A DNA stretch of 64,000 nucleotides, from the NCBI GenBank assembly GCA_051252135.1, contig JBPOGH010000010.1, positions 96,001-160,000 of the forward strand, written 5' to 3'. The notes beneath the pieces were generated by a model. The model was not told the DNA's origin. It did not search any database and worked only from the letters and a program-made list of their open reading frames with translations. The position numbers were made by a program, and so were the translations under genes. Shown one piece after another: positions 18,081-28,189 of the stretch. The DNA comes from Verrucomicrobiaceae bacterium. GTDB lineage: Bacteria; Verrucomicrobiota; Verrucomicrobiia; Verrucomicrobiales; Akkermansiaceae. Position 1 is the first letter of the stretch, and every line of letters starts with the position of its first letter.

Positions 18081-19799
18081 ATGACCGAGCTTTTGATTCA
18101 CCCCGCCCGCGAGACCGGTTGCTCGGACCTCACGGCCCTCGAGGAAGTTGTCGCCGAGGCTGCGCTTAGGCAGTCCTCACCTGTCGACGACGTTTTGGAC
18201 TCCAATTTGATCGATGAGGAGCCATACATGCGCCAATTGGCGGAGGATTTGGGGATGGAATGGCTGGCGGAGATTCCGGATTTTGAGAGTGCGCTGCCTC
18301 TGCGGGCGGCCTGTGGCCCGCAGATTGCGCTGAAGCACCGGGTGTTGCCGATTTCGATTGAGGGTGATGAGGGCCACGAGCGCTTGTTCATGGTGACTTA
18401 TGATCCCCTGAATTTGCTGGCCCGTCAGGCGGCGGCGCAGTCGATTGACATGCCGATTGTGTGGCATATGGCATCGCGGCGTCGTGTTCATGATGCCTTG
18501 CGCAAGCTATACGGGGTGGGAGCGGATACTTTTGAGCAGCTTTTGGAGGGGCGTGATCTGGATCTCGACAATCTCGAGATGAAGGATGAGGCGAGTGTGA
18601 TTGACGAGGTGGAGGATGAGGAGGCCTCGGTGGTGAAATTTGTGAACCAGATTATCCGGGAGGCGCTGGAGCAGCGTGGAACGGATATTCACGTGGAGCC
18701 GTTGGCGGATAATCTGCGGATCCGATACCGGATCGATGGTGGTCTGGTGGATATTGCGGTGCCGGACAACATCAAGGCGTTGCAGAGCTCGGTGATTGCG
18801 CGACTGAAGATTATGTCCCATCTGGACATTGCGGAGCGTCGATTGCCGCAGGATGGCCGGATCAACCTGCAGTTTGAGGGGGCCTCGATCGACGTGCGTG
18901 TGGCGACGGTGCCGACGGTGGAGGGGGAGAGTGTGAGTTTGCGATTGTTGAACCAGGAGAAGTTCGATGTGGCGAAGCTGGGGATGGAGGATTTTGTGTT
19001 GAAGCCGATCCAGAAGATTTTGAATCTGCCGAACGGGATCATTTTGATCACGGGGCCTACGGGATCGGGTAAGTCGACGAGTCTTTACTCCTTTCTTTCG
19101 GCATTGAACAAGCCGGAGACGCGGATTGTGACGGTGGAGGATCCGGTGGAGAACAAGTTGCCGGGAGTGATGCAGATTGCGGTGAAGAGTGAGATCGGGC
19201 TGACCTTTGCCTCGGGCTTGCGATCGATTTTGCGAGCGGACCCGAACATTGTGATGTTGGGAGAGATTCGAGATTTGGAAACGGCGGAGATTGCGATCCG
19301 GGCGTCGTTGACCGGTCACCTGGTGTTCTCGACGCTGCACACGAACGATGCGCTGGGGGGAATCAGCCGATTGATGGATATGGGCGTGGAGCCTTTCCTG
19401 GTGGCGGCATCGGTGCGGGCCTTTTTGGCGCAACGTCTGGTGCGGAAACTCTGTGATCACTGCAAGGTGCCGGTGGAGGTGAGTCCTGAACAAAGGAAAC
19501 GATTTTCGATTCCGGCGGGGCTGGATGGCCAGGCCTTTGGAGCAGGGGGGTGCGACAAGTGCCGGAATACCGGATTCAGTGGACGTCTGGCAATTTACGA
19601 GGTGGCGATTGTGGGCAATGAGATGGAGGATTTGATTGCGGGAAGTGCCGCGTTACCGAAGCTGAAGGCCCAAGCGATCAAGGATGGATATGTTCCGATG
19701 CGCGAGTATGGCTGGCATAAGGTATTCAAGGGGCAGACAACTCTGGAGGAGGTGATCTCCGTGACGGCTTCCGATCTGGTCGGGGGAGATGAATTTTAA
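18081..19799 (+). CDS. gspE: GspE/PulE/PilB family secretion ATPase
   Basis: DIHVEP, LPQDGRI, GPTGSGKST, VEDPVE, LRADPN, GHLVFSTLHTND, CDHC...CDKC. Confidence 0.92.
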   Translation: MTELLIHPARETGCSDLTALEEVVAEAALRQSSPVDDVLDSNLIDEEPYMRQLAEDLGMEWLAEIPDFESALPLRAACGPQIALKHRVLPISIEGDEGHERLFMVTYDPLNLLARQAAAQSIDMPIVWHMASRRRVHDALRKLYGVGADTFEQLLEGRDLDLDNLEMKDEASVIDEVEDEEASVVKFVNQIIREALEQRGTDIHVEPLADNLRIRYRIDGGLVDIAVPDNIKALQSSVIARLKIMSHLDIAERRLPQDGRINLQFEGASIDVRVATVPTVEGESVSLRLLNQEKFDVAKLGMEDFVLKPIQKILNLPNGIILITGPTGSGKSTSLYSFLSALNKPETRIVTVEDPVENKLPGVMQIAVKSEIGLTFASGLRSILRADPNIVMLGEIRDLETAEIAIRASLTGHLVFSTLHTNDALGGISRLMDMGVEPFLVAASVRAFLAQRLVRKLCDHCKVPVEVSPEQRKRFSIPAGLDGQAFGAGGCDKCRNTGFSGRLAIYEVAIVGNEMEDLIAGSAALPKLKAQAIKDGYVPMREYGWHKVFKGQTTLEEVISVTASDLVGGDEF

Positions 19800-19813
19800 G
19801 CGATAAAAAGACC

Positions 19814-21109
19814 GTGGCTAGTTTTGCATATAAAGCTCTGGATGGATCCGGCTCTCTGGTGACGGGCGAGCTCCTGGCGGGAGATCGTGGTGAGGCATTG
19901 CGTCAATTGGGACGCAAGGGGCTGCAACCGGTGAAGCTGACCCAGGATTCGAAGGCGGCTGCTCCGGCGCCGGCAGCGAAACCAGGGAAGGCGCAAGCGG
20001 GCGCGAAGGCGGCCCCGGCGACGAAGGTGGCTGCGAAGAGCGAACCGATTCCAGAGGGTCCGGTGAAGCTCAAGAGGGCGGAGGTGGTGCTGTTTACGGA
20101 GGAGCTTTCCGACATGTTGGCAGCGGGCTTGCAGCTGGAGCCTGCGTTGCGGGCGATGGAGAATCGTGAGGAGTTGGGTAGCCTGAAGGTGGTCTCGACC
20201 AAGATTCGCCAGTTGGTGCGGGATGGTAACAGTTTTTCATCGGCACTGCGTCGGGTGAGTCCGAGTTTTGGTGCCCTTTATTGCTCGCTGGCAGCGGCGG
20301 GTGAGGCTTCGGGTGCATTGGATACGATTCTGGATCGTCAGGCACATTATCTGAAGACGCTTCAGGAGCTTCAGGGGCGGGTGATTTTGGCGCTGATTTA
20401 TCCGGCGTTTTTGGTGGTGGCGGGAATTGCGGTGGCGTTTGTTTTCATGACGCAGTTGATTCCGCAACTGACGGGGCTGATTGAGTCGACTCCGGGTGGC
20501 AAGCTTCCGGGCGGAGCGAAGTTTTTGATGGCCTTCACGGCGTTTATTTCCAAGTGGTGGATTGTGATTGTGCTGCTGATCGTGGTGGCGCTCATTTTCT
20601 TTAAGGCGTGGAAGGATAACGAGGCGAACCAGCCGACATGGGATCGGCAGAAGCTTCAGATTCCGTTGGTGGGACGGGCATTGATGAGCCGTTTTTATGT
20701 TCAGTTTCTGGAGACGATGGCTAACCTGACGGGCAATGGATTGCCTTTGCTGAGGTCGCTGGAGTTGACGAGGGATGCGACGCCGAATCTTCATTTGCAG
20801 AGTCATCTGGATGAGATGATCGAGCAGGTTGGGGATGGGCGGTCTTTGTCGAGATCGATGAAGCGCTCGGATATTTTCACGCCGCTTCTGGTGGATATGG
20901 TGGCGGTGGGTGAGCAGACCGGAAAGATCGATCAGGCGCTGCGCAAGGCCTCGGTTCGATTCGACAAGGAGTTGAACAACGCCTTGCAGCGAATTATGGC
21001 GCTGATTATGCCGGCGATTTTGTTGGTGATGGCGCTGTTGATTGGTTCGATGGCTTATCTCATGATGACGGCAATCTTTCAGACGATGCAGAACCTTGGT
21101 GGACGATGA
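19814..21109 (+). CDS. gspF: GspF/PilC family inner-membrane platform protein
   Basis: FAYKALD, GEASGALD, ALIYPAFL, VGEQTGKID. Confidence 0.9.
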   Translation: MASFAYKALDGSGSLVTGELLAGDRGEALRQLGRKGLQPVKLTQDSKAAAPAPAAKPGKAQAGAKAAPATKVAAKSEPIPEGPVKLKRAEVVLFTEELSDMLAAGLQLEPALRAMENREELGSLKVVSTKIRQLVRDGNSFSSALRRVSPSFGALYCSLAAAGEASGALDTILDRQAHYLKTLQELQGRVILALIYPAFLVVAGIAVAFVFMTQLIPQLTGLIESTPGGKLPGGAKFLMAFTAFISKWWIVIVLLIVVALIFFKAWKDNEANQPTWDRQKLQIPLVGRALMSRFYVQFLETMANLTGNGLPLLRSLELTRDATPNLHLQSHLDEMIEQVGDGRSLSRSMKRSDIFTPLLVDMVAVGEQTGKIDQALRKASVRFDKELNNALQRIMALIMPAILLVMALLIGSMAYLMMTAIFQTMQNLGGR

Positions 21110-21762
21110 TTAAGGCAAGGAATGTTCATCGCTCCTATTTCCTGGCGAAAAAGGAGGTCTCGGTTCTTCGAGGCATTGATCTGGAGATCGCCGCGGGAGA
21201 GAAGATATTTCTCTGTGGTCCCAGCGGGGCGGGAAAGACGACGCTGATGTATACTTTGGCGGGTCTTGAGGAGCCTCATGAGGGTGAGGTTGAGATTGGG
21301 GGGACGTCATTTTACCGATTGTCGCCGAGCGACCAGGCGCGTTTGCGCAATGACAAGATCGGGTATGTTTTTCAAAATTACTTCCTGCTTCCCGAGTTAA
21401 CGGCACTGGAGAACGTGTTGGTGCCGGGATTGATTGGCGGGAAAGCGGACCGGATCAAGGCCCAAGCTGCGCTGGAGCGGGTGGGGCTTGGCGAGCGGAC
21501 GACGCACCTGCCGGCGGAGCTCTCGGGCGGGGAGCAGCAGCGGGTGGCGATTGCGCGTGCGTTGGTGAACGAGCCCTCGATCATTTTCGCAGATGAGCCG
21601 ACCGGCAATCTGGATTCGAAGAATGGCGATGACGTGATGCAAATTTTGCTGGATGTGGTGGCGGAACGAAATGCGACTCTCGTGGTGGTTACCCACGATA
21701 CCTCGCTTTCGCGCCATGGGGATCGGGTGCTGACGATCAGGGACGGTAAGATCGCGGACTAG
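21106..21762 (+). CDS. ABC transporter ATP-binding protein, LolD-like
   Basis: [37 protein letters not shown]. Confidence 0.9.
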   Translation: MIKARNVHRSYFLAKKEVSVLRGIDLEIAAGEKIFLCGPSGAGKTTLMYTLAGLEEPHEGEVEIGGTSFYRLSPSDQARLRNDKIGYVFQNYFLLPELTALENVLVPGLIGGKADRIKAQAALERVGLGERTTHLPAELSGGEQQRVAIARALVNEPSIIFADEPTGNLDSKNGDDVMQILLDVVAERNATLVVVTHDTSLSRHGDRVLTIRDGKIAD

Positions 21763-21764
21763 GT

Positions 21765-22421
21765 TTAGGCGATGATTTCCTGGGAGATGGTGCCGATGCC
21801 ATCGATTCCGAGTTCGACGGTGTCTCCGATATTGAGATAGCAGGGTGGGTTCATGCCTCCGCCGACTCCGCTCGGGGTGCCGGTGGCGACGACGTCGCCC
21901 GGGAGAAGGGTCATGAATTGAGAGATGTAGTGGATGAGGAAGTCGACGGGGAAGATCATGTCGCCGGTGTTGCTATCCTGCCGGATCTCACCGTTCACCT
22001 TGGACCAAAGGCGGAGGTTTTGCGGGTCGGAGATTTGAGAGGCGGGGATGATGGCGGGGCCGGCGGGGCAGAAGCCATCGTGGCTCTTTCCCTTGTTCCA
22101 CTGGCCTTCGTGTTCCTTTTGCCAGGCCCGCTCGGAGTAGTCACAGAGGACGAGGTAGCCTTCGACATGGGAGAGGGCGTCATCTTGGGAGACGCGCTGG
22201 GCGCGGGAGCCGATGACGACGCCGAGCTCGACTTCGTAGTCGAGTTTTTGGGCACCGGGAGGGAGTTCGAGAGGAGCGAAGGGGGCGGCCCAGCTGCTGG
22301 GGGCTTTTTGGAAGAGGACGGGTTCGGTGGGAATGTTGCCTCCGAGCTCACGGACGTGGGCGGCGTAGTTTTGGCCGACGCAGATGATCTTGGACGGTTG
22401 GGGAAGGGCTTGGTGGGACAT
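21765..22421 (-). CDS. Fumarylacetoacetate hydrolase family protein
   Basis: KIICVGQNYAAH, DYEVELGVVIG, GKSHDGFCP, LLPGDVVATGTPSGVG. Confidence 0.93.
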   Translation of the reverse strand: MSHQALPQPSKIICVGQNYAAHVRELGGNIPTEPVLFQKAPSSWAAPFAPLELPPGAQKLDYEVELGVVIGSRAQRVSQDDALSHVEGYLVLCDYSERAWQKEHEGQWNKGKSHDGFCPAGPAIIPASQISDPQNLRLWSKVNGEIRQDSNTGDMIFPVDFLIHYISQFMTLLPGDVVATGTPSGVGGGMNPPCYLNIGDTVELGIDGIGTISQEIIA

Positions 22422-22432
22422 GGGAGTGCGGT

Positions 22433-23194
22433 CTATTGAGGGGTCCAGCGGATGCGGTAGAATTTTTGATTCGAGTCGGGGCGCGGGAAGGACGGGGGTG
22501 AGTTGGGGTCGGCGAAGCCGCAGGCGATGATTTCCCATTCATCGGTGAGTTCTTCTTCAGACTCTTCGAGAACGAACACTCCGTTTGCGGGGATTCCGGT
22601 GAGGACGAAAGCATCTCCATGGTTCGAGAGGCCCGGGGACAGGAAGGTGGCAGGGAGGCGCCATTCCTGGGCTTCCGGGGGATGGGCCGAGATGAAGGCG
22701 TAGTAGCCCTGGAGTCCTCCGTTTTTTTCGACGTAACCGACTCCGATGAGCGTTTGATTGAGGTAGAACTCGGAACCGTTGGGATTTTTCTCACCGAAGA
22801 CGTGGACTTTGTGGGAGGGGGAATTGAGCCAGGACAGGGTGGCGGTTTCGCCGTCCTCCGGATTGTTGAGGGTGAGGCTTTCGATGAAGTTTTGGCCGGC
22901 GGTGTACCATGCGGGTGCGGGATAGCCGATGTCTCTGAGCCGGTCGTTGGCGTCCTTTTTGGTGTGAGGGTTGAAGTGGGCGAAGAAGCCCCCGTCGTTC
23001 ATGTCCTGACAGTGTTGCCGGGCGATGGCGCAAAGGCGGGGGTCGAGCTGCATGACGGTCCGCCGCTGGGAGGGATGCCCGCTGATGGCTTCAAAGAGTT
23101 CCCGCTCGGTTGAATTCAGCTCGAAGAGGCTGACGGCCTTGAGAGGGGACAGAACACAAGTTGCCGAGAGGAGAATTCGTGCGACGAGATTCAT
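22433..23194 (-). CDS. Secreted CAP (SCP-like) domain protein
   Basis: Signal peptide MNLVARILL...; LC.IARQH..DM...FFAH, WLNSPSH, IGVG. Confidence 0.8.
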   Translation of the reverse strand: MNLVARILLSATCVLSPLKAVSLFELNSTERELFEAISGHPSQRRTVMQLDPRLCAIARQHCQDMNDGGFFAHFNPHTKKDANDRLRDIGYPAPAWYTAGQNFIESLTLNNPEDGETATLSWLNSPSHKVHVFGEKNPNGSEFYLNQTLIGVGYVEKNGGLQGYYAFISAHPPEAQEWRLPATFLSPGLSNHGDAFVLTGIPANGVFVLEESEEELTDEWEIIACGFADPNSPPSFPRPDSNQKFYRIRWTPQ

Positions 23195-23246
23195 GCCTAA
23201 ACGGTAAGGTTTCCTGAGTCCGCTGTCCAGAGGAGGAGTCAGAGGG

Positions 23247-23675
23247 CTAGCCTTTGTCGTCGTAGTATCTCCACGCTCCCTTGTGGCGTTTGAAGCGGGA
23301 GCGCTCATGGAGTTCGCCGCGATTGGGGCCGAGGTAGTAGATGGCGGTGAATTCGACTTTCCCCTGTTTATCGGTCTTGGTGCCTTTAGAGGTGCCGTGG
23401 ACGGTGAGGAAGTTCCAGTTGATGTTGTAGATGGTCTTTTTGAGCTCCTGTTTGAGGTTGGGCTCACGGGTGTCGGGGTGGTGGGTCTCGACGAGGTAGT
23501 CGATGAGGCGAAAGAAATAGGCGCTGTATCGTGAGCGCATGAGTTCCTCGGCGGTCTCGGGCTTTGCCTTGCCGACATGAAAGGGGCGGCAACAGGCGGC
23601 GTAGGTGGCGCGGCTCTTGCAGGGGCAAAGGGATTCGTCGCGTTCGCGCGGGGGTCGGTCGGGATGGTCGCTCAC
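23247..23675 (-). CDS. YchJ family SEC-C protein
   Basis: CPCKS..TY..CC, AEELMRSRYSAY, GKVEF.A, HERSRF...W.Y.D. Confidence 0.9.
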   Translation of the reverse strand: MSDHPDRPPRERDESLCPCKSRATYAACCRPFHVGKAKPETAEELMRSRYSAYFFRLIDYLVETHHPDTREPNLKQELKKTIYNINWNFLTVHGTSKGTKTDKQGKVEFTAIYYLGPNRGELHERSRFKRHKGAWRYYDDKG

Positions 23676-23823
23676 GGCACCATCATTGTTGGCAGGGCGG
23701 AGATGGCAATTCCGATCGTTGGGGAAGTCGATTTTTAGGAAGTTCAGTTGGCAGGGACCAAAACGAGGTCTAAGAAAGAATCGATCTCTGAGTTAAGACA
23801 GAGAAGACCTAATTTTCTGAACC

Positions 23824-25113
23824 ATGCAAATTTCATGCCCCCATTGTTCGACCGCGTTAGATGTGACCCAGGATCACTTGGGCCAACAGGTTCAGTGTCC
23901 CGCCTGTCAGAATCGTCTTGAGGTTCCGAAGGAAATTGCGTCATCGGGAGGAAACGCTCCGAAGAACCCCGAGCGGATGGGATGGGAAGAAGGGGATCAT
24001 GCCAATGTGAGCTTTGGAAAGAGCCTGCTTATTGGGGCGGGGATCACGGTGGTGTATTTGCTGATGATGGTGCCGTTCAAGGGGGCGAGGTTTGGCGATC
24101 TGTTTCTTGACCGGGGATGGGTGAATTATGTGGAAACCTTTCTCTTCTTTTGGGGGATCGTGATTCTGGTGATGAAGTGGAAGAAGAACCAGGGGCAGGA
24201 GCGAGCGGTTTTGCTTAACCTGTTTCCGGAGCATCTTGGGAAGGAGATTCATGCGGGGAATGTGGGGGCGTTTATTGATAACATTTACAACGTGCCGCTT
24301 TCGCTGAGGGACAGTATTATTGTGAACCGGATTCGGAAGGCGCTGGAGCTCTTTGAGTCGCGGGTGGACAACGGAGAGGTGGGGGCGTTTTTGAATACGC
24401 AGTCGGACATTGATGCGAACCGGTCGGGTGGTTCCTACACACTGGTGAAGGTGTTTTTGTGGGCGATTCCGATTTTGGGATTTATTGGAACGGTGATGGG
24501 CTTGTCGGTGGCGGTGGGTTCGCTGGCGATGGGAGACAATGCCGATCCGGAGGCGCTCAAGGCGTCGATCAACAGTCTGACCGGGGGGCTGGGAGTGGCC
24601 TTTGACACGACCTTGCTGGGTTTGATTCTGAGTATCCTGTTGAGTTTCCCTTTGGCGGCGGTGCAGAAGAAGGAGGATGAGACGCTGACGATGATTGATG
24701 CGTTTTGCGTGGAGAAGCTGCTGCCCAAGTTGAACGACAGCCGTAATTTGGTGGGAGATGAGTTGCTTGAGCAGGCGGACAGTATTCCGCAGCTGGTGTC
24801 ATCGCTGGCGCGGGCGCATGAGACCTTTTTGGTGAATCTGAATGAATCGACCCGCCTGCTGAGTCAGACGGGCGAGGTCTTGCAGAAGCGCCTGGAAGAG
24901 CACCAGTCGGTGGTGGAGAAATCCTTCACGGAGGCGGTGGCCAAGATGTCTGATACGAGCAGCGAGGTGTTTTTGAAATCGCATCTTCAGCTTGAGCGAA
25001 CCTTTGAGAACCTGTCCCACGGGATCGATTCGATCAACCGGTCGCTGAAGGATTTGGGCGAGAACAAGATTCCCAACGAGGCCAAAAAGAAAAAGGGCTT
25101 CTTTTCCCGATAG
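23824..25113 (+). CDS. MotA/TolQ/ExbB proton-channel protein with N-terminal Zn ribbon and helical C-terminal tail
   Basis: CPHC...CPAC; WAIPILGFIGTVMGL and GLGVAFDTTLLGL channel helices. Confidence 0.85.
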   Translation: MQISCPHCSTALDVTQDHLGQQVQCPACQNRLEVPKEIASSGGNAPKNPERMGWEEGDHANVSFGKSLLIGAGITVVYLLMMVPFKGARFGDLFLDRGWVNYVETFLFFWGIVILVMKWKKNQGQERAVLLNLFPEHLGKEIHAGNVGAFIDNIYNVPLSLRDSIIVNRIRKALELFESRVDNGEVGAFLNTQSDIDANRSGGSYTLVKVFLWAIPILGFIGTVMGLSVAVGSLAMGDNADPEALKASINSLTGGLGVAFDTTLLGLILSILLSFPLAAVQKKEDETLTMIDAFCVEKLLPKLNDSRNLVGDELLEQADSIPQLVSSLARAHETFLVNLNESTRLLSQTGEVLQKRLEEHQSVVEKSFTEAVAKMSDTSSEVFLKSHLQLERTFENLSHGIDSINRSLKDLGENKIPNEAKKKKGFFSR

Positions 25114-25119
25114 ATCACT

Positions 25120-25935
25120 GTGGCACGACGTCCTAAAGATACCGCGAACGGGGTTTCCCTGTTTCCCTTCATGAGCATTCTGGCATGCCTCATCGGGATT
25201 CTGACGCTCATGATCAGCGTGATGATGCAGGTGCAGCAGATGGAAAAGGACGGTCGGACGGAAGAGGAGATGGAGAGGGCGTTGAAGAATCGAGATCTCC
25301 AGGTGCAGGCGGAAGAACTGGAGAACGAGATTTCATCGCTGGAAGAGAAGCTGAAGGAAGAGAAAGAGACGGTATCCGAAATGGTGAAACTGGATGACCG
25401 GAGGATCGCATTGACGATGAAGCTGGAGGAATTGAAAAAAGCAAAGGATCCGAAGCTTACGGATGTGGAGTTGCAGAAGCGGGTTGAGAATTTGAAGAAG
25501 GAAGTGAAGGCGATCCGTCAGGAAAGACCGCCCTTATCGAAACGGCTGAAGGAACTTGAGGACGAATTGAAGGCTCGAAAAGAAGCGCCCAAGCCGAAGG
25601 AGTCGGTGGTGGTGCAGCCGCGGGGATTGGGGGAGCGGGGACCGGATGAGATTTTTTTCGTGGAGTGTAATTCGACGGGGATAGTTTTGCTGGATGCGGA
25701 AGGCGGGCCGAAGCCGATCTCGACGGCGGCGATCAGGACGAGCGGGGTTTATGCGGCGTATCTCGACAAGGTGAAGAAGACGCGTGATTCCATGGTGCTG
25801 TTTCTGATCCGGAAGTCGGGTGATGCGGCCTACCGGTGGGCGGCGGGTGCGGCGGAGGTTCAGTATGAATTGCCGACGGGAAAGCTTCCGATTCCGAATG
25901 ACGGAGAGATTGATTTATCACTTTTTAACCGCTGA
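25120..25935 (+). CDS. ExbD/TolR-like single-pass coiled-coil protein lacking the TM Asp
   Basis: MARR...VSLFPFMSILACLIGILTLMI, coiled coil, C-terminal alpha/beta domain. Confidence 0.65.
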   Translation: MARRPKDTANGVSLFPFMSILACLIGILTLMISVMMQVQQMEKDGRTEEEMERALKNRDLQVQAEELENEISSLEEKLKEEKETVSEMVKLDDRRIALTMKLEELKKAKDPKLTDVELQKRVENLKKEVKAIRQERPPLSKRLKELEDELKARKEAPKPKESVVVQPRGLGERGPDEIFFVECNSTGIVLLDAEGGPKPISTAAIRTSGVYAAYLDKVKKTRDSMVLFLIRKSGDAAYRWAAGAAEVQYELPTGKLPIPNDGEIDLSLFNR

Positions 25936-25941
25936 AGACCG

Positions 25942-27042
25942 ATGGCGAGACGACGTAAATCCAACTCAGCCGAGGGAGTCAATCTGGACTCCCTGATGGA
26001 TGCGCTTACGAACGTGGTGGCGGTGTTGATTCTGGTTCTCATTCTGGTGCAGGCGGATGTGAGCCAGAAGGTGGTGCAGTTTTTGGAAGGGTTGCTTCCG
26101 GCGACGCCCGAGCAGGTGGTGGAGGCCGAGGAGAAGGCGGAGGAGCTGGAGGAGAAAAAAGCGAGGGTGGAACAATTGTTGACCGAGGAAGCGCCCACGC
26201 CTGAGAAAATCGAGGCGGAGAAGCGACAACTGGCGCTGCTGGAGAAATCGGTGAAGGAGAATACGGAGCTTCTGGCTGATCTTGAGGAGCTCAGGAAGCT
26301 GGAGAAGAAGGCGCGTGAGGAGCGGGACAAGGAGGCGGAGGAGACGAAGAAGATTCAGGAGGAAATTGCGAGGCTGGAGGCTTTATTGGATGAGACGCCG
26401 GTGTTGAAAGTGGACCCGACGGTCGTGAGTATTCCGACGAGCCGGCCGGTGCCGAAGAATGCCGAGGTTTACCATGCGCTGGTGCTCAATGACCGGGTGC
26501 ATTTTGTGGATCCCTTTACGCCGCTGGAATTGTTTGAGGAGGAGTTTAAGAAGAATCGGCGGAATTTTCCCAATCAGCGGATCAAGCAACAGGGAGCGGA
26601 CCGGTATGTGTTTCAGTCGGGTCCGATTCTGAAGCACTTTGCGGGTTTTGATTTCAAGAACGCGCGGCAGCAGAAGGTTGAGCTGGTGGCGTATCCGACG
26701 GCGGTGAGGATGCACATCATTGTGACGCCGGATCATGAGAAGGGGGGGACGTCACTGGAGGAGTTGGGGCAGCCCGGGAATTCCTTTGTCGGGATTTTGG
26801 AGAAGCTGTCGCGGAATTCGAAAGCGGTGTTGTTTTTTCATGTTCATCCCAATTCGTTCAACACCTATCTGCAGGCGCGTCGATTGACGGACAAAGCGGG
26901 GGTGGCGGCGGGTTGGGAGGTGAAGCCGATGGGATCGTATGCGATCCGGATTGATGAGGTGGAGATCAAGCGGCAGGAGGAACCGCCGCCTCCGAAGCCG
27001 CAACCGGAGCGGCCTCCGGCCCTGCCTCCGAAGATTGATTAG
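25942..27042 (+). CDS. ExbD/TolR-like single-pass coiled-coil protein with TM Asp
   Basis: MARRR...VNLDSLMDALTNVVAVLILVL, coiled coil, Pro-rich C-terminus. Confidence 0.65.
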   Translation: MARRRKSNSAEGVNLDSLMDALTNVVAVLILVLILVQADVSQKVVQFLEGLLPATPEQVVEAEEKAEELEEKKARVEQLLTEEAPTPEKIEAEKRQLALLEKSVKENTELLADLEELRKLEKKAREERDKEAEETKKIQEEIARLEALLDETPVLKVDPTVVSIPTSRPVPKNAEVYHALVLNDRVHFVDPFTPLELFEEEFKKNRRNFPNQRIKQQGADRYVFQSGPILKHFAGFDFKNARQQKVELVAYPTAVRMHIIVTPDHEKGGTSLEELGQPGNSFVGILEKLSRNSKAVLFFHVHPNSFNTYLQARRLTDKAGVAAGWEVKPMGSYAIRIDEVEIKRQEEPPPPKPQPERPPALPPKID

Positions 27043-27121
27043 GGCGGGGAAGGGTAGTGAGAAAATGGGGATTGGGCAGGATTCCCGATTGGCAAGCGGG
27101 GGGCATGGGGTAGATTGCGGC

Positions 27122-28189
27122 GTGGATTCAATAACGCAGGCAGCTTTGGGGGCCGTTGTGGGCGAGTTGGTCCTGGGGAGGAAGATTGGCTGGCGTGGGG
27201 CGGCGTGGGGGTTGTTTTTTGGGACGCTGCCGGATCTGGATGTGTTGGTGATGCCGTTTTTGGATGAGGTGGACAAGATCCGGTGGCACCGGGGGATATC
27301 GCATTCGATCCTGATGATGTTTGTGGGGGCGTTGGTTTTTGCGAAGCCGCTGGCGTGGCTGCACCGGGAGAGGGGTGTGGGGGTGGGGCGCGCGGGGTGG
27401 TTTGTGTTTTTGGCGTGGAGCACGCATGTGTTGATCGACGTGTTCACGACCTACGGGACGCAGATTTATGAGCCGTTTTCGGATGAGCGGGTGTCCTTTG
27501 GGAATCTGTTCATCATTGATCCGATTTTTACGCTGCCGCTGCTGTGGTGTGTGTGGTCGGTTCTTTGTCGCTGTATCGGGGTGTGGCAGGGGGAACTGGA
27601 GACGACGGCGGTGCGATCGAGTGCGGCGTATCAGGCGCTGGGGGTGGCGGGGGCGTATGTGGCATTTAGCTTTGGGATGAAGGAATGGGCGGGTGGCAAG
27701 ATGGAGGAGCGGGTGGCGGCTGAATTTGAGAGCGGGGAGGTGGTGTCGGTGGCGCCGACGCCCTTTAACACCGTGTTGTGGCGGGGGATGGTGGAGACGG
27801 AGGACGGGTATTGGGTGACGTATTGGTCGCCCTTTGACGAGGAGCCGGGCAAGTTTGATTTTTACGCGAAGCATCATGAATTGGCGGAGCGGTTTGAGGG
27901 GGAGGAGATGTTTGAGAATCTCAAGTGGTTTGCGCAGGATGACTGGGTGGCACGGCGGGGGGAGGAGGGGAAGGTGGTGTTTGTGAATATGAGATTCGGG
28001 GAGATGAGGAACCGGGAGATGCAGCAGCAGTTACCGATGTTTCAGTGGCACCTTTGGTATGATGAGAATGGTGATTTTCAGGCGCCTTCTTATCGTCCCC
28101 GCGATCTTGATATCGGGGGGGCACTTCTGTTACTCTGGGACCGCGTCAGGGGGGAAACCACTGAATGGGAAGGAATGAAGAGATTTTGA
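27122..28189 (+). CDS. YdjM-like inner-membrane metal-dependent hydrolase
   Basis: GTG start MDSITQAALG, GTLPDLD, HRGISHS, THVLIDVFTTYGT, IIDP. Confidence 0.88.
   Translation: MDSITQAALGAVVGELVLGRKIGWRGAAWGLFFGTLPDLDVLVMPFLDEVDKIRWHRGISHSILMMFVGALVFAKPLAWLHRERGVGVGRAGWFVFLAWSTHVLIDVFTTYGTQIYEPFSDERVSFGNLFIIDPIFTLPLLWCVWSVLCRCIGVWQGELETTAVRSSAAYQALGVAGAYVAFSFGMKEWAGGKMEERVAAEFESGEVVSVAPTPFNTVLWRGMVETEDGYWVTYWSPFDEEPGKFDFYAKHHELAERFEGEEMFENLKWFAQDDWVARRGEEGKVVFVNMRFGEMRNREMQQQLPMFQWHLWYDENGDFQAPSYRPRDLDIGGALLLLWDRVRGETTEWEGMKRF

Noticed and set aside
23824..27042. Zorya anti-phage system
   Set aside because: No OmpA-like ZorB domain is seen and no zorC/D/E genes are adjacent; composition is native. 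Kept as an unassigned motor module.
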